Shown: positions 59,081 to 64,000 of the stretch, in pieces
How positions within the stretch are numbered: position 1 is the first letter of the stretch
Layout of the letters: every line of letters begins with the position of its first letter
Origin: Ornithinimicrobium avium
GTDB lineage: Bacteria; Actinomycetota; Actinomycetes; Actinomycetales; Dermatophilaceae
DNA: 64,000 nucleotides
Direction: 5' to 3'
Assembly (NCBI RefSeq): GCF_003351765.1
Contig: NZ_CP031229.1
Span: 2,376,916-2,440,915, forward strand
The notes under the pieces: generated by a model
The model's input: only the letters and a program-made list of their open reading frames with translations
Database searches by the model: none
Told to the model about the DNA's origin: nothing
Made by a program: the position numbers and the translations under genes

Positions 59081-60616
59081 TCAGAACTCCGCGCTCGGCT
59101 GCCAGCTGCCGAACTCCTCCTTGAGCACCGCCACGACCTCGCCGAGCGTCGCGTAGGCCTTGACCGCCTCGATCGTCGCCGGCATTACCGAGCGCCCGGC
59201 CTGCACGTCGGTCCGCAACCGCTCCAGAGCAGCCTCCACCGCCGCCTGGTCCCGCGTCTGACGCAGCCTCCGCACCGAGGCCGCCTGGGACTCCTCGGTC
59301 GCGGGGTCGATCGCAAAGACTTCCAGCGGCTCGGTCGGGGCCGGGAAGCGGTTGACCCCGACGACGGTCTTCTCCCCCGACTCCACCCGCTGGGCCAGCC
59401 GGTAGGCCGCCTCGGAAAGGTCGCGCGCGAACCGGCCCGACCCGATCGCCTCCAGCGCGCCGCCGCACTCCTCGATGTCGTCCATCAGGGCCCAGATGGA
59501 CGCCTCGAGCTCGTCGGTGAGCTGCTCCACGGCATACGAGCCGGCGAGCGGGTCGAGGGTGGTGGTGAGCCCGGTCTCGAAGGCGACCACCTGTTGGGTG
59601 CGCAGGGCCAGCGTCGCCGCGGCCTCGGTCGGCACGCCGAGCGCCTCGTCGTAGGCCGACACGTGCAGCGTCTGCACGCCCGCGAGCGCGGCGACGGTCG
59701 CCTCGACGGAGGCGCGCACCACGTTGTTCATCGGCTGCTGCGCGGTCAGGGTCGAGCCGGCGGTGAAGGCGAAGATCCGCAGCTGCTCGCTGCGCGGGTC
59801 CTTCGCGCCGTAGCGCTCCCGCATCAGCCGCGCCCACACCCGTCGGGCCGCGCGGAACTTCGCGACCTCGGGCAGCACGTCGGTGGTGATCGCCAGGAAG
59901 GTGAACAGCGTCGGCGCCACCTGGTCGACGTCCACCCCGCGGCGCACGCACTCGTCCAGGTAGGCCCGCGCGTTGGCGAACGTGAAGGCGATCTCCTGCG
60001 TGGCCGAGGCCCCGGACTCGCGGATGTGGTAGCCGCTCATGGCGAGCGGCACCCAGCTCGGGGTCTCGCGGGCGACGTGCTCGATGCAGTCGACGGCCAG
60101 CCGCAGCGAGGGCTGCGGCGGGAAGATCTGCGTGCCGCGGGCGATGAACTCCTTGAGCACGTCGTTCTGGATGAACATCCCGAACTCGTCCGGGTGGACG
60201 CCGCGCTTCTCGGCCAGCGCGACGAAGAGCGCCGCCCACAGGTAGCCGATCGAGTTGGCGGTCGTGCGCACCTGGGACAGCTCCTCCAGCGGGATGCCGT
60301 CCATGAGCACCTCGATGTCGGCCAGGCTGTCGATGGCCACGCCGACCCGGCCCACCTCGCCGGCCGCCCGCGGGTCGTCGGAGTCGATGCCCATCTGGCT
60401 GGGCAGGTCCATCGCGACGGAGAAGCCGGTGACGCCGGCGTCGAGCAGCGCCCGGAAGCGCGCGTTGGACTCCTTGGCGGTGCCGAAGCCGGCGTACTGC
60501 CCCATGATCCAGACCTTCGGCTCGTCGCTGACGCCGCGGGTGTAGGGGTACTCGCCGGGCCGCTCGGCGCCCTCGGGGGCGTAGTCGACCTGGAGGTGCG
60601 GGTCGTCCCAGCTCAC
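59081..60616 (-). CDS. Methylmalonyl-CoA-mutase-family acyl-CoA mutase large (substrate-binding TIM-barrel) subunit, without B12-binding domain
   Basis: GTG 60616 overlaps the upstream stop (GTGA). PGEYPYTRGV...IMGQYAGFGTAKESNARFRALLDAGVTGFSVAMDLPSQMGIDSDDP. Confidence 0.75.
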   Translation of the reverse strand: MSWDDPHLQVDYAPEGAERPGEYPYTRGVSDEPKVWIMGQYAGFGTAKESNARFRALLDAGVTGFSVAMDLPSQMGIDSDDPRAAGEVGRVGVAIDSLADIEVLMDGIPLEELSQVRTTANSIGYLWAALFVALAEKRGVHPDEFGMFIQNDVLKEFIARGTQIFPPQPSLRLAVDCIEHVARETPSWVPLAMSGYHIRESGASATQEIAFTFANARAYLDECVRRGVDVDQVAPTLFTFLAITTDVLPEVAKFRAARRVWARLMRERYGAKDPRSEQLRIFAFTAGSTLTAQQPMNNVVRASVEATVAALAGVQTLHVSAYDEALGVPTEAAATLALRTQQVVAFETGLTTTLDPLAGSYAVEQLTDELEASIWALMDDIEECGGALEAIGSGRFARDLSEAAYRLAQRVESGEKTVVGVNRFPAPTEPLEVFAIDPATEESQAASVRRLRQTRDQAAVEAALERLRTDVQAGRSVMPATIEAVKAYATLGEVVAVLKEEFGSWQPSAEF

Positions 60617-62154
60617 CTCATACCCTCCTCGAGCTGTGCGCGGAGCACCTTCTTGGCGATCTTGCCGGTCGAGTTGAGCGGGAACTCCTGCACGACCCGG
60701 ACCTCCTTGGGCTTCTTGTATGACGCGAGCCGGCTCGCGCAGTGCTCGCGCACCGCCTCCTCGGTCACCCCCGCACCGGACCGGGGCGTGACGAAGGCGA
60801 CGACGCGCTGGCCCCAGTCGCAGTCCGCGACGCCGACGACCGCGACCTGCGCCACGTCCGGCACCTCGGCGATGACCTCCTCGACCTCGCGGGGATAGAT
60901 GTTGTAGCCGCCACTGATGATCATGTCGCCCTTGCGGTCGATGAGCCACAGGTGTCCGCTCCCGGACAGCCGGCCCAGGTCGCCGGTGTGCAGCCAGCCG
61001 TCGACGACCGCCTTGGACAGGTCGGTGCGCTCGGCGGCGTTGTAGTAGCCGGCCATGACGTGGTCGCCACGGGTGATGACCTCGCCGACCTCGCCCGGCG
61101 GGAGGCGGCGGCCGTCCTCGTCGACGACGGCGAGCTCGACGCCGAGCGCGGGGCGGCCGGCGCTGGTGAGCAGCTCGGGGTCGGAGGTGAGGCCGCGCTC
61201 GTGGTCGGGGGCGTCGAGGACGGTGACGGGCGGGATGGCCTCGACGAGGCCGTAGTACTGGACGAGGTGGGGCGTGAGCTCGTCGTGCGCGCGGCGCATC
61301 TGCTCCGGCGGCATCGGCGCGCCGGCGTAGCCGAGCATCTTCAGCCCCGCCAGGTCCTCCCGCGTGGCGCCGTGGGACAGCAGGCGCGCGACCATCGTCG
61401 GCACCAGCGCGGTGTGGGTGGCGCCGCGCTCGAGGACGGCCTCGAGGAAGGTCTGCGGGTCCCAGGTCGGCAGCACGATCTGCCGGGCGCCGGCGACGAG
61501 GAAGGGCAGCACGAACAGGCCGGACGTGTGCGTGACCGGGCCCGCGTGGACGTAGCAGTCGGCGTCGGGGTCCGGCGGCCCGCCGAGCACGTCCTGGGTC
61601 ATGTTGACGATGGAGGCGAACCAGTTGCGGTGCGTGCGCTGCGCGCCCTTGGGGTGCCCGGTCGTCCCCGAGGAGTAGTGCAGCCCGCACAGGTCGTCGG
61701 GCGCGCGCACCGGGAGCCGGCCGGCGGTGGCGCCGGCGACGAGCTGCTCCAGGGAGGTCTCGGGCCCGTCGCCGACCACGACGACGTGCGGCACCTGCTC
61801 GCGCACCGCGGCGACGTCGTCGGCGAACCGCTCGTGGTAGATCAGCCCGCGCGCGGCGGAGTCGGTGGCGATCCGCTCCCAGTCGCTCGGGTGCAGCCGG
61901 TGGTTGAGGGCGACCCGCACCAGGCCGGCGGCGCGGATCGCCAGGTCGGTCTCCAGGTAGGTCGTGCTGTTGCTCTGCAGGTCCAGCACCCGGTCCCCGG
62001 GCTCCAGACCGAGGGCGAGCAGCCCGCCGGCGATCGCGGTGACGCGGTCGGCCAGCTGCGCGAAGGTGCGCCGGTCGCCGGGTTCTGTGCCCTCGACGGC
62101 CACCCGGTCGCCGAAGCGGTGGCCGGCGCGGGTGAGCAGCGTGCCGATGTCCAT
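60613..62154 (-). CDS. AMP-dependent fatty-acyl-CoA ligase
   Basis: 513 aa from ATG 62154. YSSGTTGHPKG, GYGLVE-like YYGLVE, ISGGYNIYPREVE, GKIAKK. Confidence 0.8.
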   Translation of the reverse strand: MDIGTLLTRAGHRFGDRVAVEGTEPGDRRTFAQLADRVTAIAGGLLALGLEPGDRVLDLQSNSTTYLETDLAIRAAGLVRVALNHRLHPSDWERIATDSAARGLIYHERFADDVAAVREQVPHVVVVGDGPETSLEQLVAGATAGRLPVRAPDDLCGLHYSSGTTGHPKGAQRTHRNWFASIVNMTQDVLGGPPDPDADCYVHAGPVTHTSGLFVLPFLVAGARQIVLPTWDPQTFLEAVLERGATHTALVPTMVARLLSHGATREDLAGLKMLGYAGAPMPPEQMRRAHDELTPHLVQYYGLVEAIPPVTVLDAPDHERGLTSDPELLTSAGRPALGVELAVVDEDGRRLPPGEVGEVITRGDHVMAGYYNAAERTDLSKAVVDGWLHTGDLGRLSGSGHLWLIDRKGDMIISGGYNIYPREVEEVIAEVPDVAQVAVVGVADCDWGQRVVAFVTPRSGAGVTEEAVREHCASRLASYKKPKEVRVVQEFPLNSTGKIAKKVLRAQLEEGMR

Positions 62155-62158
62155 CTGG

Positions 62159-64000
62159 TCAGTCTCCCGCTTCGTCCGCCGTGGCGAGGGCCGCGTCGAG
62201 GATCCGCACGCCGTCGCCCTGCGCGAGGACGGTGACGGGGTTGAGGTCGAGCTCGGCGCCCGGCGGCAGGGTGGCGGCGACGCCGGCGACCGCCAGGACC
62301 GTGTCGACGAGCGCGGCACGGTCGGCGGGGCCCTGGCCTCGGACACCGGCGAGCAGCCGGCCCAGGCGGGTCTCGTCGAGCATCTCCTCGACGTCCTGCC
62401 GGTCGACGGGCAGCAGCCGGAGCGCGACGTCGGCGACGACCTCGGTGAGCACGCCCCCGACGCCGACGGTGAGCACCCGGCCCAGCGGGCTGTCGGTGGA
62501 GCCGACGAGGGCCTCGAGGCCGCCGGGCACCAGCTCCTCGACGAGCACCTCCCCGCCCATCGCGGCGAGCCGGTCGAAGACCTCGGGCGCCTGCTCGGCG
62601 GTGACGTCGAGGACGACGCCTCCGGCGTCGGACTTGTGCAGCAGCCCGGGCACGACGGCCTTGAGCACGGCGCGACCGCCGGCCTCGGCCACGGCGGTGA
62701 CGGCGTCGTCCCGGTCGGCCGCGACCCGGCCCACGGGGACGGGCAGGCCGAGACGGGCGAGGGTCGCCTTGAGCTCGTCCTCCCCCATGTCCGCGGTCAG
62801 GTGCGCGTCGACCGCGGGCGGCGCCGGACGCTCGCGCACGTCCGGCCGGGCCATCTGGCTGAGCGCGGCGAGCGCCCGGACGGCGCGCTCGGGCGTGGTG
62901 TAGACCGGCAGGCCGGCGGCGCGCATGGTCGCGGCGGCCTGCGGGGCGAGGTGGTCGGCACCGGTGCGCACGACGACGACGGGCACCCCGGTGGCCTCGC
63001 GCACCCGGGCCAGCGCGGCGACGACGTCGTCGACGTCCTTGCCCGTCAGCACGCAGAAGCAGGCGACGACGGCGTCGACGCCGGGGTCACCGGCGATCGT
63101 GGTCAGCGCCCGGTCGAAGAGTGCGGGGTTGCTCATCACCGAGGCGGTGACGTCGACCGGGTTGCCGGTCGCGCCGTAGGCCGGGACGATCTCCTCCAGC
63201 GCGGCGGTCGTCGCCGCGGACAGCGCGGCGAGCTCCAGCCGGTCGCCGTGCGTCTCGATCGCGTCGGCGGTGAGGATGCCCGACCCGCCGGAGGTGGTGA
63301 CGACCGCGACCCGGCGCACCCGCCGCCCGCGCACCGACGGGACCAGGCCCATGACGTCACCGACGTCGAGCAGCTCCTCGACGTCGTCGACCCGCACGAC
63401 ACCGGCCCGGCGCAGCGCGACGTCGACGACCGTGTCCCCTGCCGCGAGCGCACCGGTGTGCGAGGCGGCGGCGCGGGCACCGGCGTCCGAGCGCCCCGCC
63501 TTGAGCAGGGCGACCGGGACCCCGGAGGCGACCACCCGGGCGAGGGCGTGCACGTCGGTGAGCGACTCGGCATACCCGAGCAGGCCGGTGCAGCCCTCCT
63601 CCCCGGCGACGGCCGCCATGACCTCGGCCGCGGAGAGGTCGGCCTCGTTGCCGGTGTTGACCACCCAGCCCAGGCCGAGGCCGCGCTCGAAGGCGAGCGA
63701 GACCGCGCCATAGCCGAGCGCACCGCTCTGGCTGACGAACCCCAGCCCGCCGGGGACGAGCTCGGTGCGCTCGCCGGAGAAGAGCGGGGAGAACGAGCTG
63801 ACCTGCCCGGTCGCGGTGCCGACCGTGCCGATGCAGTTGGGCCCGAGGACCCGCACGCCGAGCTCGCCGGCGACGGTGACCAGCTCGTCCTGCAGGAGCG
63901 CGCCGCCCTCGCCGGTCTCGGCGAAGCCGCTGGAGCAGACGACGACGACCGGCACGCCGGCGGCGGCGCAGTCGCGCACGGCGGCGGTCACCTTGTCGGC
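62159..64000 (-). CDS. NDP-forming acyl-CoA synthetase (CoA-binding + ATP-grasp), C-terminal ~610 codons; 5' end beyond window
   Basis: GFAETGEGGALLQDEL...GPNCIG...NTGNEADL motifs of the acetate--CoA ligase (ADP-forming) family. The ORF reaches the window edge. Confidence 0.75.
   Translation of the reverse strand, partial: ADKVTAAVRDCAAAGVPVVVVCSSGFAETGEGGALLQDELVTVAGELGVRVLGPNCIGTVGTATGQVSSFSPLFSGERTELVPGGLGFVSQSGALGYGAVSLAFERGLGLGWVVNTGNEADLSAAEVMAAVAGEEGCTGLLGYAESLTDVHALARVVASGVPVALLKAGRSDAGARAAASHTGALAAGDTVVDVALRRAGVVRVDDVEELLDVGDVMGLVPSVRGRRVRRVAVVTTSGGSGILTADAIETHGDRLELAALSAATTAALEEIVPAYGATGNPVDVTASVMSNPALFDRALTTIAGDPGVDAVVACFCVLTGKDVDDVVAALARVREATGVPVVVVRTGADHLAPQAAATMRAAGLPVYTTPERAVRALAALSQMARPDVRERPAPPAVDAHLTADMGEDELKATLARLGLPVPVGRVAADRDDAVTAVAEAGGRAVLKAVVPGLLHKSDAGGVVLDVTAEQAPEVFDRLAAMGGEVLVEELVPGGLEALVGSTDSPLGRVLTVGVGGVLTEVVADVALRLLPVDRQDVEEMLDETRLGRLLAGVRGQGPADRAALVDTVLAVAGVAATLPPGAELDLNPVTVLAQGDGVRILDAALATADEAGD

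Noticed and set aside
62159-64000. Treating M at 63991 as the true start of the NDP-forming synthetase
   Set aside because: This family normally has a longer N-terminal CoA-binding domain, and the ORF reaches the window edge. The gene almost certainly continues beyond 64000.

Overview
This is a high-GC actinobacterial chromosomal segment, roughly 70-73% GC in the core by eye. It carries pervasive GTGA/ATGA stop-start overlaps. Taxon assignment is not possible from sequence alone.

Core, left block (1-39120):
- A partial acs gene, followed by a LytS/LytTR two-component system, DUF485 and ActP, forming an acetate module.
- An SfuA/FbpA-type Fe3+ ABC importer (substrate-binding protein, fused permease, ATPase). 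It is translationally coupled to an unusual 892-aa protein with NRPS-like adenylation, carrier (GGDSL) and polytopic membrane (AT3-like) domains. A divergent Sfp-type phosphopantetheinyl transferase (PPTase) lies upstream.
- Otherwise ordinary housekeeping, transport and CoA-metabolism genes.

Core, right block (59040-64000): an acyl-CoA operon, with the NDP-forming acyl-CoA synthetase running off the window end.

Accessory island (about 39130-59040, roughly 19.9 kb): a lower-GC mosaic island inserted between the thiolase gene and the mutase operon. It contains:
- three copies (two intact and about 98% identical, one decayed) of a 307-aa tyrosine recombinase, each with a conserved upstream leader;
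- a conserved about 200-aa partner gene (geneX), transcribed divergently from the recombinase in two copies;
- RelE/Phd and MazEF toxin-antitoxin pairs;
- a NarL-type two-component system;
- a dead IS110 element inserted in one geneX copy, plus a second IS110 fragment truncating the third integrase;
- a secreted EF-hand gene disrupted by a 17-bp tandem duplication;
- a roughly 20-bp motif GYGCGTCAYTYCGCCGCGAG found 7-8 times, always in the same orientation, only in island intergenic regions.

Other non-coding structure:
- REP-like palindromic units bracketing a DUF559 gene.
- A nested-palindrome element present at two convergent intergenic sites.
- A 52-bp tandem duplication.
- Two clear terminator-like hairpins.

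No tRNA, rRNA or CRISPR was recognised.
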